A stretch of DNA of 64,000 nucleotides. It comes from Octopus bimaculoides. Its lineage: Eukaryota. The DNA lies in the NCBI RefSeq assembly GCF_001194135.2, contig NC_068992.1, positions 8,579,165 to 8,643,164 of the forward strand, in the 5' to 3' direction. This document shows, piece after piece, positions 39,869-53,839 of the stretch (positions within the stretch are counted from its first letter, which is position 1; every line of letters starts with the position of its first letter). The notes under the pieces were generated by a model. It did not search any database and was not told where the DNA came from. It saw only the letters and a list, made by a program, of their open reading frames with translations. A program made the translations under genes and the position numbers.

Positions 39869-40060
39869 ATATGTGTAGGTATATGTATGTGTGTCTCTTT
39901 GTATATGTTTCCATGACTTAGTGGTTGGGCAAAAAAGATTAATAGAATAAATATCAGACTTTAAAAAAAAAACGTACCAAGATTTATTTATTTAATGGAA
40001 TTCTTTAAGGCAGTGTACTAGCATGACTGCAGCTCAATGATTGAAATGAGTAAAAGATAA
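39725..40060 (+). mobile_element. Degenerate SINE family B
   Basis: gcatggctgtgtagttaagaag...(GT)n...ggcagtgtactagcatgactgcagctcaatgattgaaatgagtaaaag. Confidence 0.65.
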
Positions 40061-42034
40061 AAGAAGAAAATCTATCATTCATTGGGATGATCCTAACTGG
40101 TGATTTACTGATTAAAATTGGTGGTTATTTTGCTCTGACTGAGCAGACCTCTAGTCAAACACAGTCTAGCTGTGACAAGCCTGTTTCTTTTTCTTTTCTT
40201 CCCCCTCAAGGAATGTACATTAAGAACAACATTATTTTATGTTCCTTTCCTCCTCTTTTTAGCTGCTATTTCAAGCAGTTTGCATGAGAACACACCACCA
40301 CCACCACCACCACCTCATCGGCATGGTTATTAAATAGAAAGTTTGCTTGTCATGATTTATTATTATTGTAAAACAATGAAAGCATTACACTTGACAGAAG
40401 CATAAACTGTATATAGTAATAGGATATTATTAATCCATTCGTGAAACATGAGATTTTATTGGTGCAGTGCTTTGGTTCAGTTTTGGCAATGCTAAACAAA
40501 TGGGAAACAAAGTCTGCCACATGTAACTTTTACCAGATGCCCTGGAACCTATTCTCTTGCTATGTTGACTGGGCACATGGAATTTAAGTATCTTTGTCAA
40601 GAGACATGTGCAATTTTATCTGCAGTAGGAAATAAACTCACTTCCTGAGAGTTAGTAATTTAATATTATATTCCGAATATCTTGTTCAGAAAATAGTAGC
40701 TAAACCATATATCATTATCATCATCATAATCATTTTAATGTACACTTTTCCATGCTCACATGGGTTGGACAGAATTTGTTAAGGTAGATTTTCTATGGCC
40801 GGATGTTCTTCCTCCACTTGTTTCCAAGAATGATGATATTTCTTTATAGCTAGACATGTTTTTATGGAAGATTGAAAACAAAGGACACCAATTTCATGCT
40901 TGTGACACTTGCTTACAGCTATCATGTGATGTCAAGGCAAGGAGACAGTAACACACACACATACATGTATGAGGGGCTTCTTTCACTTTCCATCTACCAA
41001 ATCCACTCACAAGGACTACATTTCTAAATAACATGTATTACTAAACAATTCAGCCAGCATAGTAGCTGATGATTAACCTTTTAGTATTTAAATATTAGAT
41101 ATTCTACATGTTTTACACTTAAACTGGGTAGATCCAGCCTCTCACACCTACCCTACAATGTCATTCACTTTAAATAAAAGTAGTCAATGAAGAATGGAAA
41201 TATATTCATTTCTAAGACTAAATTTTAATTTTTCATATCAGTAAGTTAGACACTTAAGAAATAAATTCTACAGAATCCAAAGAAACTAGATGTAATCTGT
41301 GTCAGCAAAAATTATTTTGTAAAGTTTGCTATGGGGAGATATGGAAATTAGTATTTTGGATAATGGCCTTCATTTGAAATTATATTTCCTTCCAAAGTAG
41401 GATTTCACTTGAAAGCTCAAAACTCATGTCAACCAAGTGCAATGATATTTTCAGATGGTATACCATGACGTATTGGTGTACTGTGAGATGTAGCAAGTGC
41501 ACTGTGAAAATAAAATTATATTTTTTTAAATATATGAAAACTACAAACTGGAAATCTAAATATAAAGTTTTTATGCATTTGTACTGAAAAAAATATTTTT
41601 CAGGAACTAAAAAAAGACACTTTATCTATTTTGATTCAGTTTTTGGCATCATGTCTAAATCAATTGGGATTTTTTTCACTTATTAAATGAAAATCAAATT
41701 AAAAAAAAAACAACAAAAAACAAGAGAGACTTCATTTGCAACTACACTGAAGATGTAAGAGGGCAAGTTTACCCCATATACATTCAAATATAGAAAACAT
41801 TACACCCCACCCCCACAAATCATCAAACTCATATTTCAACTTTGCTTTTCAAATCAAATAAAGAAGTTAATACTTAATTTTCTATAATTTAAATTATTTA
41901 TTTATATTTACAGGCAAAATTATATCTTTTATCTTTTACTTGTTTCAGTCATTAGACACTACCTTGGAGAAAAATTTTAAGTTGAATGAATTGGTCCAAG
42001 TACTAAGCTTGGTATATATATATCTATTTGTCTC

Positions 42035-42268
42035 TAAGTTATGGGGACATAAACATACCAGCACCAGTTGTCAAGCAGTGGTGGGGGGCAAACACACACA
42101 CACACACACAAGGCAGTCTACTAAGCACTGTCTACTAAATTCATTCACAAGGTTTTGTTTGGCTCGAGGTTACAATAGAAGATATTTGCCTAAGGTGCCA
42201 TACAGTGGGACTGAACCTGGAACCATATAGTTGGGAAGCAAACTTCTTACCACACAACTATGCGTGCA
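42035..42268 (-). mobile_element. Degenerate SINE family B
   Basis: Reverse complement of the family-B head and core. Confidence 0.7.
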
Positions 42269-42418
42269 CCTACTTGATGTCTGCTTTTGTTTGTTTGTTT
42301 GTTTTTAAGAGATTCATCTTGGATTAATCAATGTAAAAGGTTAAATAAATTCACAGAGATTCTCAGAAAAAAAAAGAAAAGAAAAGTTAAAGCAAAATAA
42401 TTGTACTTGAGATCAATT

Positions 42419-42481
42419 GTTGTGTGTGTGTGTGTGTGTGTGTGTGTGGATAGATAGATAGATAGATAGATGGATAGATAG

Positions 42482-42553
<72 letters not shown>
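42419..42553. repeat. Compound (TG)n(GATA)n microsatellite
   Basis: Direct reading. Confidence 0.98.
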
Positions 42554-42554
<1 letters not shown>

Positions 42555-42940
42555 TGTGTGAACTTTTGCATTGATATAACCAATAAAAATAGTTTAGTAA
42601 GAAACGAAAACTGACCAGAATAATCAGACAGAACAAACAATCTGAAAGATCAGAGGAAGAAATTTGATCTTAGAGAATCAGAAACATTCACTGCAGAGAG
42701 ATTAGAAAGAAAGTAGGTAACAGAAAACATAAATTCTATTCTAGGAATAGAAATTGTGGCAGGATTTGGAGAGATTGGTTAGCTAAGATTTCTTCATAAA
42801 AAGTGAAAAAAAGGCAAGAAAGAAGCTTAAAGACAAAACTAATATAGAAGCACAGATGTTTGATGCTTGAGTTTCTTTCTTTGTTTTTCAAAGTTTATTT
42901 TGAACATAGTCACCTGCTAGTAACAAATAAATAAATATAC

Positions 42941-43014
<74 letters not shown>

Positions 43015-43468
43015 CATTCTATTCAGGGTACAGAGCATACCCACAACCAACACTTGTGACTGAGTTGTGTAAAGGGACCAACAGCATATGTTTGGCAAAC
43101 ATGTTAGCAGCAAACTCCTTGGCAACTACTTCTATTTTAGAGTCAAGGAAAGAGAAACTACTGCTATTGTANNNNNNNNNNNNNNNNNNNNNNNNNNNNN
43201 NNNNNNNNNNNNNNNNNNNNNNNNNNNNNNNNNNNNNNNNNNNNNNNNNNNNNNNNNNNNNNNNNTCACTGCCACTACCATAACTGATTGCAATTCTATT
43301 GTTGATGATGATGATGATGGTGATGATAACCCTTCCATAAAATTTTATTCAATTTCAACTAATCTACTCCTTTGAATTTTTAAAATACATTCATTCATTC
43401 ATTAAATCATTCAAGACACACTTTTCTAGTTCATCATCATCATCATCAATAATAAATGATAAATAATA

Positions 43469-43517
<49 letters not shown>

Positions 43518-43576
43518 AGGAAAAAAGTGCTTTCTAACTGATGTATCAATACCAGCAGATGACAACATTTCCCTAA

Positions 43577-43813
43577 GCACTCCACAGACATGCATACCCT
43601 TAATGTAGTTCTCGGGGAGATTCAGCATGACACAGAATGTGCCAAAGCTGGCCCTTTAGAATACAGGATCTACTCATTTCTACCAGCCGAATGAACAGGA
43701 GCAACATGAAATAAAGTGTCTTGCTTAAAGGACACAACACACCACTGGGAATTGAACTCATGACCTTATGCTTGTGAGCTGAATACCCTAACCACTAAGC
43801 CGTGTGCCTTCAC
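43577..43813 (-). mobile_element. SINE family A' (same core as A, different tRNA-like head)
   Basis: Core agcactccacagacatgcatacccttaatgtagttctcggggagattcagc is shared with family A. Head is gtgaaggcacacggcttagtggttaggg...gagttcaattccc. Confidence 0.75.
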
Positions 43814-44110
43814 TGTCATCCTAATAAGATTACTGACTATGATGTCTCACTTAAACACATGGGGATAAATTTGAAGGAAGTGTATTGATTAAAATAATGA
43901 TCCTAACATTTTTATCAAATCCAGGATGAAAGCAACAATCCTTCCTACTGAAAGCCCAAAGACTGAAATTTTGTTGGGAGGGGCTAGCCAATTACATTGA
44001 CCTCAGTGCTCAAGGATGAAAGGCAAAGTCAACCTAGGTGGAATTTGGACTCAGAACAAAAAGCTGGAAGAAATGAGATCTTGCTGCAAGGATGAAAATG
44101 ATAATAATGA

Positions 44111-44445
44111 TCATCATCATCATCGTTTAACATCTGCTTTCCATGCTAGCATGGGTTGGACGATTTGACTGAGGACTGGTGAGACCGGATGGCAACACCA
44201 GGCTCCAATCTAATTTGGCAGAGTTTCTACAGCTGGATGCCCTTCCTAACGCCAACCACTCAGAGAGTGTAGTGGGTGCTTTTACGTGTCACCCGCACGA
44301 AAACGGCCACGCTCGAAATGGTGTCTTTTATGTACCACCCGCACAAGAGCCAGTCCAGGGGCACCGGCAACGATCTCGCTCGAAAAACCTCATGTGTCAC
44401 TCGCACAAGAGCCAGTCCATGGGCACTGGCAACGATCTCGCACGA
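44111..44445 (-). mobile_element. RTE-type LINE 3' end
   Basis: (CAT)n tail plus conserved 3' core and tandem units. Confidence 0.85.
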
Positions 44446-45737
44446 ATAATAATAATAATAAAGGTAATGCAAGATGTTACCACTGATGATATAAGAAACA
44501 TATATGCTTCATGCTTTTAATATTCAGGAAAGAAAATGAGGCAAAAATATAGATATGTATACATCCAACAAAGAAGAAAAAAAAATATTGAAATATCAGT
44601 GGCAAAAAGCAAAAACAAAAAGAAAAGGAAGAGTATGTATAAAATAGAATACCAACTGTTGTTTTAAATAAAGAAAAGATTTTTGATAAAATTAATTTTA
44701 TACCCAGTGCAGTCATAATTAAAATCAAATCTTAATAATAAGATTATCTAAAGAATCAGATATAACTGTTGACTTAATAAGAGGAAGCTTCAGACAAACA
44801 GAGGAAGCAATATGAGAATTTGCAATGCTGATAACTTTACCATAAGCCTTAATGGTTGGTGTAAGTAAAAGAGATGAGAATCAAAACTGGGTCATAGATT
44901 ATATTCAACAAGAACTTACTGCTATAACTTGGTACCCAATTCTTAATTGTAGAATTAATTTTAAATAAAATATAATATATTTTCTAAATCCTCTCCATCT
45001 GTTTCACTTTTTAAATTTTAAACTCAAAGAAGAAAAAAATTTACAGTATTTTTTTTACCAAAAAGTTCAGGGAAGAAGGATGCAAACCAGAGTATTTTAA
45101 GATATTTTCAAATCAAGAATGGTAAAGGGATGAATAAGTTTTGTGTGGTAAACAATTTGAAGGAATGAAGATTACTACCTGTACATTATATACCCTTCCA
45201 TTTACATCTTATGCCAGTTGCCAGTTTATAATATACACTTTACATAACTATAATAAAACAACATATGTTAGCCTTTGTTATTTTTCTCAACCCAACCCAT
45301 CTCTTAATCTAATTCCCAGTCTCTTTGCTATGCCCTTGCATATTAGCTGCACCTTAAGAACAGATTTTCAAACAAAGTACAAAAAAATTTCATACTGTGA
45401 CCATATAGCAATTCTAAAAATCCACTCACAACCTTTGACAAAAGAATTTTTCTGGCAAATGACCAGAAGAAAAAAACAGAAAACAAGTCTTTGACAATGC
45501 AGCTAACAAAACAGTCCCTCATTCTTCTTTGCAAATGTTCTTTTTGGTCTTTTGCCAAACACATATCCACAATTTTTGGTAAATTAACATATTCTCTGCC
45601 TACCAACCAAAAGGGATCTCTGCTGCTTTGTTGTTTTTTTGATTCAACTCCAATTTTACCCCTCACACATAAAACACATCCCTTACATTATTGTTCAACC
45701 TTGATAAATTTTCTCCACCCAATTCTATCATCTCTAA

Positions 45738-46060
45738 ATGGATGTGTGTTTAAGAAGCTCACTTTGCAACCATGTGGTTCTGGATTCAGTCTCAATGCAT
45801 GGCACCCTGGGCAAGTGTCTTCTTACTGTAGCCCTGGGTCGACCAATGCTTTGTGAGTGAATCTGGTAGGCGGAAACTGTATAGAAAAACTTGTTGTATA
45901 TATGTATAAACGGTGTTGCTTTGTTTATATTCATATGACTTAATGGTTCAGCAAAAACAGCCAAAAGATTTAAAAATAAGTAAGGGATCAATCTGTTTGA
46001 CTAAAACCCCTTCAAGACAATGCCCCAGTTTGCCTGCTTTTCCAACTACTGAAACAAGAA
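45738..46060 (+). mobile_element. Degenerate SINE family B
   Basis: aaccatgtggttctggattcagtctc...ggcaagtgtcttc...ggcggaaactg. Confidence 0.65.
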
Positions 46061-48548
46061 GATTGCAGAGGACTGATCACAATGACATTCTAGTTACCAC
46101 TCTAAAGCAAAATGCTGCCACCNNNNNNNNNNNNNNNNNNNNNNNCACCAGACTCTTTTTCTCTCACTCTCCAAATATAGCTAAGTTGAAATATAACAAT
46201 GTACCACTGGCTATCTCTTCCTAAGAAATATAACTCCTCCAGTTCATGGAGTAACAAGATGTTGTAGATAATTATGAGTGACATATATTGTGTACAGTAA
46301 GATTCTTCAGCAGATTTAATCTGAAAAAAAAAAAAGAAAAATCCTATTCCACTTGTGACATATTCTCATACCATTTACTAACCAGTCAATTACTTAAGCC
46401 TTTTCTTTCTATTACATGCATTTGTGGACAATAGTCGAGTTAGAAACATGAGCTGAAATACTGGTTCAATAGTCCAATCAATGGGTCACTGCATTGTTGA
46501 AGGTAGAAATGACAAAAGGTGAGGAGCCCAAGCTTAAAAAAAATTTCCTTAAATCAGATATGAAAATCTAGCAAAACACTGATCTAATTACTAGAACTGG
46601 TTGCCTTTTCAAGAGTCTCTTGACTGCAGCATGTACAAATGCCACCCTTCCCAACCTCCAACCTTGATTTCAGACAAATTAATAAAACAGCCCCCCCTAT
46701 TCCTCTTCTTTCCATATAAATGTTTTCTATTTTATTGCTCAACAGCTATAAACAACTATGTTGGAGACACACTCTCCATTCTTTCTCTCTCTCTCTCTTT
46801 TATGTACTTGCCAACATATCAATATATATTAATAGCACCATATTCTATTGTTGTTTAGTGTTCACTGATTCTGTACTGACAAATACTTTAATCTGTGTTA
46901 TGATGTTTAGCTTTTGATTACAGACTGCCACACAGAAGTTTCTAGAGGGAGAAAACAAAAAACAAAACAATCCATTATTCTGAACTAATGAAATGAAAAG
47001 AGGAAAAAAAAATTAGCTAGTGGGGATTCAGACTAAATTCCTTTTGAATTTGCTGCCAATTCTGACCTTGCTTTTAATATCCTCAAAATGGCCTGAATTG
47101 TTTTTAAGAGTAATTCACTTATGTCTAACTTAGGCTATATACAGAGTAAGAGACACTGCCAAGGCTTTCTATAGCTCAACAAATGTAAAGCAGAGTTGTT
47201 TGTTGTGGGCTATAAACTAGATATACACAAACTCACCTGTTGCTATTAGCATCTCAGCAGCTGTACCTGAGGGTTTTGTGGATTTTATGCTTTCATGTCT
47301 TCAGCATCTTTAAAATTGGTTCTTCAGAGGTTTCAAATGAGTTGAAGCTACTCCTAACTATTTAATACACTCTTCATTCAACAATCTCTTGTAGATGAGC
47401 TTTGAGAGCTTCTATATGGTCACTTGACTTGCTAGAAACAACAACTATCACACCCAACAGGTTTTGTTGTTTTTGTAAACAAGACACATTCTATAATATA
47501 ATCCTTCATAAATAAATGACAGTATAGTCATGACCGAAATGTCATAGGGTTTCTCATTCTGGACTGACCAGAGGTTTAACAACAACAACAACAACAACTT
47601 CTTGTAGTAACACTTCTGTGTCTTTATTAGTTTTAAGTGTTGCTATTTACAAATGAACCGATGTCATTTTAGACACACCCTCTCCTCAATTATACATTTT
47701 GGCTAAATACAAAACCAGTTACATTTTTTAGACATCAAATATGGTTAATAAAAATCCACACAGTTTATTGCTATTACTTACAGATATCAGATGTCTGAAG
47801 GGCTATGTCAACTATGTGTCGGCACTGAATTAGATACTAATTTTACTAAAATTATTTGTATGAATGCAGTGTGTTGCAATCAGGGGTGGGTGGGCAGCGA
47901 GAGTACAACATCTATAGGCCCTGCTCCTTTTCACCATTTAAACAATTTTTTTTTTTTTTTGTCATTAAAAAAATCCAAATCTTATTCTCTTGCTGCAGAA
48001 CTTAAACTTCCTAATGTCTGTTGGTCTTATCTAAGTAAACTTGACATATAACATGTTGGCTGTTTTGCCTCCAGATACCATTCTCAGTTATCTTCTCTCT
48101 CAACTCCTCCCAAGCCTATCACTTATCTCTACCCTTAGCTACAACACTATTCCACCTCACACCACACAATCCATTGCTAGGCTGAGTAGACTTGGTTAGA
48201 GATGCTTGCTTCTTTTTTTCACTTGTCAGTTTGAGGAAAGAAGCATTTCCCATGCCTTGCTTCAAGAAGGTAGGGCTAACTTTGTTACTTTGCTAGGTGG
48301 TTGTTGTTTAACTCCAGACTAGGCAGACATATGATCATAAGGTGTTTTGCATGTGAACATAGTGTCTTTTTTCAGACATAGTTGTAAACTACATTATCCT
48401 TCCTCTTGTTGTTTAGTTCCAGGTAGCCATTATTCGGTAAACATAAGATCAAAACTGGTTTTTGGATGGATAGGAGAGAGAATTCACGATAGCTGCAGTT
48501 GGGAGGCAAAATGATTGAAATATATATAGAAATATATATATATATGTG

Positions 48549-49113
48549 TCATCATCATCATCATCATCGTTTAACATCTGCTTTCCATGCTAGCATGGGT
48601 TGGATGATTTGACTGAGGACTGGCAAGCCAGATGGCTGCACCAGGCTCCAATCTGATCTGGCAGAGTTTCTACAGCTGGATGCCCTTCCTAACGCCAACC
48701 ACTCCGAGTGTGTAGTGGGTGCTTTTATATGCCACCGGCACGAGGGCCAGTCACATGGTACTGGCAATGGCCACGCTCAAAAAAGTGTTTTTTACGTGCC
48801 ACCTGCACGGGAGCCAGTCCAGTAGCATTGGCAACGACCTTGCTTGAATGATTTTCTAACGTGCCACCAGCACAAGTGCTAGAAGGCGACGCTGGTAACA
48901 ATTCCGCTCCAATGGTGCTATTTATGGGCCACTAGCACGGAAGCCAGACAGTTGCTCTGGCAATGAACACACTCGGACAGTGCTGTTAGTGCTCCACTGG
49001 CACAGGTGCCAGTCATCGAGCATGGTTCAATTATGATTGCGATTTCACTTGCCCCAACAGGTCTTCGCAAGCAGAGTTTAGTGTCCAATGAAGGAGAGGT
49101 TGGCATGGGTGCT
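48549..49113 (-). mobile_element. RTE-type LINE 3' end (longest copy)
   Basis: (CAT)n tail, core, ~60-bp tandem units, extends to gtgtccaatgaaggagagg. Confidence 0.85.
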
Positions 49114-50120
49114 AGTCGTCGGATTCGGTTCGATTTCGATCATACTGTGTACTACTCAGTGCAAACAATGGTTGCACAACTGATACAGCAGGATCTCGGG
49201 CAGATTAACAGAGGACCAGAGTTTCAGATGCACTAGATGCACAAGAAAAAAGTTCCTTGAGACTTTAGAGCCATCTATTATATTATAGTTCTTCCTATAA
49301 AAGTTAACATCTTCAAGTGTCATTTAGGAGATGGCATGTGTAGGGACATCTTTTACATTCCACAATAATCTCCTCCAACTTTTACTTTTAACCATTTTTT
49401 TTCCAAACAGAATTCCTGAACCACTGATTAACATTCCCAAGACACTAATGCATTAATCAATATCTTTTATCAAGAACTTGCTAGAAAAAGCAAAATTTCA
49501 AATCAGATTCCTTTTTATAATAAAATGGACAATGATTCTGCAAGTTCTACAAATCATAAGATACAACTAAACAATTTGACACCAGGAAGGGCATCCATCT
49601 TTAAAAAACACTGCCTCAGAAAGTTCCATCTGATATATGCTGGCATGAAAAAAGGTGTAGAAACAATGATGATGATGGTGAAGTAGAAGAAAATAACTAT
49701 TTTGCTTAGTAATCACAAGCCAAAAAAAATAATAATCTAGAATTAAAATTTTTTTATTTCCAATACTTTCTGAGATAACAGAGGGGGAGATATTAAAACA
49801 ATCAAGTAAAAAAAAAAGGAGAAAACAGTGGCACCTAATATTTTGGTGGTTGTCTACTTGAGGGAGCAGGAGGATGGTGATGGAGGACAAAGCACTTATC
49901 ATGGAAGCAGTATCTGCAAACAGCTGTTGCAGCCATCCCTTTTCTTTTGAAAAGAAGCCCCTATCTGTTGCTGTTACACCATCTGATAGAGAATGCTTTG
50001 CTGTTTATCTTTACAAATATATTTTCATGTACACTGTTTATATTATTCAACAGAAAAGTTTTATGGCTCCAGACGTTTAAAAAAGACATAGAAATATATA
50101 TATGTGTGTGTATGTGTGTA

Positions 50121-50330
50121 AAACCTCATACTGTGTACTACTCAGTGCAAACAATGGTTGCACAACTGATACAGCAGGATCTCAGGCAGATTAACAGAGA
50201 ACCAGAGTTTCAGATGCACTAGATGCACAAGAACAGTTAACAGTAAAGGGGAGGGGCACTCAGAAAATAAAGGCTCACCTGATGTAGTTGATAGTTTCTG
50301 TTACCTAGGTGATCTAATTACTGTTCGGTT
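50121..50330 (+). mobile_element. RTE ORF2 remnant (Cys finger and FCYLG motif)
   Basis: TQCKQWLHN*YSRISGRLTENQSFRCTRC followed by DVVDSFCYLGDLI. Confidence 0.7.
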
Positions 50331-53263
50331 GGCTACAAGAAAAATCATAGTTACCAGAGTACAGAAGGTGGGTAACAGAAATTATGAAACTGTCACCAGT
50401 GTTAGCAGTAAAGGGTTTCTGCCTCCGTGCTAAAAGCAAGTCTGTACATTGCATATGTACAATGAATATAATGCTACATGGCAGGCAGCAAGATATGAGC
50501 ATTGAATGTAGGAGATAGCTGGAGAGTGAGAGAGAGAGAGAATGGATGTGAAATGTTTACCAGTTTGAAAAGTAGCTCACAGGTAAATAGTAAAAGTGGA
50601 GTTTGACATAAAAGAAAAATATGGGGTGAAGCAGTACAGTTAGATCTCAAGATGTTTGGTCATAGAGTTGCAATGAGAAAAGAAAATAAAGCATGTAGCA
50701 AAAATTTAATAATAATGATGATGATGATGATGATAATAACAATAATAATAAAGATCACTGTTTCACACTAAAAACCTTTAAGTGGTGCACATGTACCTGG
50801 AAAAATAACCCTCCTTCAGCATCACTAACAAGAAGATGCTTACCTGTCATTGTAATCTCTGCAAGTAAACCATCAAGAAAGCAAATGTGTATTGTATAGC
50901 TTGCAATCTCTTTTGCCTCTCAAATTGCAGCAGGATTTTTGGTTTCTTGCCATGAGGGTCTCAACTAAATTTGCAAAATCCTCAATCATAATAGTTCTGT
51001 AAATAGTATTCTTGCATATAAGGTTACCACATTTGCTTCCAATTCCAAGCAAAAAATTCTGTCCCAAACTTCCCTCTTTTTGGTCCTGTTTGCCTTACCT
51101 CTGTAGATATATAGTTGCTAAATACAGGAACTCTTTTGACCATTCCAACCCAACAAGACAACTGGATCTTATGATGTCCATTCCATTACATTAAATAGTG
51201 AATTTCAGAGCTAAATTCTATCCATATGAAGCTCTTCCCTTTCTCTACTGCAGTCCTATGACCAAAACATGTAAGAAAAAATTAAATAAATAAAACAAAA
51301 TTGGTTAGGTGAGGAAGAAAACACTGTGAGTGGAGCATCTTCATAGGCCCTTACCAGATCACAAATACTACCTCACATACACAAGATATGAAAATATAGA
51401 GAAACGAATCGTTTATAAAATTTGAAAGGTTTCACCAGGAAGTGATTGCCAAGTTGTGCCAGCATTTTTCTACAGAATAGGAATGCATGTAAAATGGGAA
51501 TGTTTCATGTTTTCAACTGTTATCCTGTTCTCAAAGTCTGTGATTCCCATAAAAGTGGCAACCGGAAGGGAGCCTTAAGGAATTTAGCGTAACCATTCTG
51601 GGAAGTTTCTTTTCTTTTTTAGTGGTTAATTTGTTTTTAACGTAATAATGTTCACAATAAAATTACAGTTAAAACGGTCTCTTAAAATACTTACAATAAA
51701 ATTTAAATCAAATTCGATTTATTTTTAAAAGTTTGTGTTGTTTCATAATAGTTCTAGAATGAACACCAATATTCCCCCGACGAGATGTATAATTGAAGGG
51801 AGGTTGCATGTCTCTATTTTTTGTAAGTTACTTGATTGTATTTTTATTTTCTTAATGCTTACTTTAGTAAATTCTGTTCTTTCTCACTGATTTATAACAT
51901 AAAATTATAATTAAAAGGTGGAAATAAATAAGAATATTTACATATATTTATATTACGAATATTTTGCACAATCAAGGTTTTTATGCAATGAAAACAAAAA
52001 CAATAGGAAATATGAAGACTGATTAAAAATATTAGTCACGGGCTAATGTTTTTATTAATTTTTCTTGCAGGATAATTTATTTCAAAGCTCCTTGCATTAA
52101 ATATGTTAATAACAACTTCACTACGGAAAGACATGAATATTATTCGTTCACAAATATATATATAGAAAGAACTGGAACATTTGAAAAGGCTCAACTTAGG
52201 GAAACATAGACATGAACACTGCAACATTGCGAGTAATCATTCAAATCATTATGAACTAAAACAAATTTGTAGATACACGATTTAATCTGTTCGTGTTTTA
52301 CAGAGGTAAAAAAAAATATTAACATATAATAAAAGATTTTTCAGTCTTATCTATTGTGAACATTTCGCATTCTCTGTTTTCTTTTCAATGAATAAGACAA
52401 GAAATTTTTTTATTTTCATTTCTAAACGGTAAATTCTGAATGCATTCCTTTTATTCTTATTTTGTTAGTAAAAAATCTTTAAATGTTATTTTCATGTATT
52501 ATCAGTCCTCTACTTGTTTTAACAAGTTTCCGTCCCATCCCCCCTTTCTCCAGTTAATTGTTTATTCTTTTATTGTAAACCGCCAACCCTTATCTTCCCA
52601 GCTCCTACAAACATTCCCTATTTCTGTTTTCGAAAGCAACATCCGTAAATACCTCCACCCGTCTACCAGTTTAGTAGCAGACAGCAAGTCGTGAAATCAT
52701 TCGTTCGCTTGCGTATTCGTGACATGTAGCCCCAAATGATATACAATAGTTCGAAGCCCCATTTAGACATTGCTACAAGTTGTTCAGAGTGACAGGGGAT
52801 AGTGGATTAGCAGAATTTTAAATAACATTCTGAATTGAAAACCGGTCGAACACTCAACGTTGTCTTTATTCTTCCGAAGTTGATTAAAAATTCAATATAA
52901 AGCAATTAAAACAGAACACATTCATCAATGATGGTGCTATATAGGTCAGTTATAACGAATGATATATACTGAAAAATGATGGAAAGTGCCGAAAACAGTA
53001 GCTATGGTTGTACACATCAACGTATCAGTCGATTAATCTCAAATAGTTTTCAGTAATTGGACTGCGGTCATGCTATGGTACCGCATTGAAGGATTTAGTC
53101 AAACAAATCGAGCCCAGTATTTAAACCTCTTGCCGAATCACTAAGTTACAAGGACGTAAACAAACCAGCACCGGTTGTCAACCGGTAGGGCGATCTTTCG
53201 TTTTGATTACATTTTACGTCATTTCTAATCCACGTGCGTTTGTTTATGTTTCCGTAAAAGGGT

Positions 53264-53294
53264 TTTAGGGTTAGGGTTACGGTTGGGGTTAGGG
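53264..53294 (+). repeat. Degenerate interstitial (TTAGGG)n
   Basis: ttttagggttagggttacggttggggttaggg. Confidence 0.8.
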
Positions 53295-53794
53295 ACGGAG
53301 AGGAGTATGAGCCATTCGTTTGCTTGAGATAAGTAGAGTGGGAAGTGTTTTTCAATGTGTCGTGAGTCAGTTAATAGTATAGGATGTATTCGTGAGGTAC
53401 AACAGCTACAACTAAAATGTCTAGTCTGTCCAACTCATGGTCCCGTCGCAGAAAATAAAAAACGGCGTTGCCCAGGAGTATGGGAAGAGAGACGCGCTGG
53501 AACAACCACTCCGACTCACGGGGCTCACACTTGCAGATATCCATCTCCGCCCCGTAGCATTGAACAGGGACGCGGTCCGGGATCCATGAACGCCAGAGGT
53601 CTCCATTGTCACAAGCTCGACCACATATCTATCAGAGAGCAGACGAAGATGTTAGCCAAACGTAAACCATAACCTCTCCTGTCAAACTCTCCACTCTTTT
53701 CCTGTTGTGAAAGAATCCACAAACTAAATATTTACAAACCTTCAATGGCATCACAACAGCAATAATTAGATTAGGATTAAATATCCCCTCGTAG

Positions 53795-53839
53795 CCCTAA
53801 CCCTAACCCTAACCCTGACACTAAAACCCTAACCCTAAC
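53795..53839 (-). repeat. Interstitial (CCCTAA)n
   Basis: ccctaaccctaaccctaaccctgacactaaaaccctaaccctaac. Confidence 0.85.

Noticed and set aside
45141-45856. Cluster of 107-121 aa ORFs on both strands
   Set aside because: No recognisable domain or convincing splice sites, and it partly runs into a SINE. Probably an old TE or chance.
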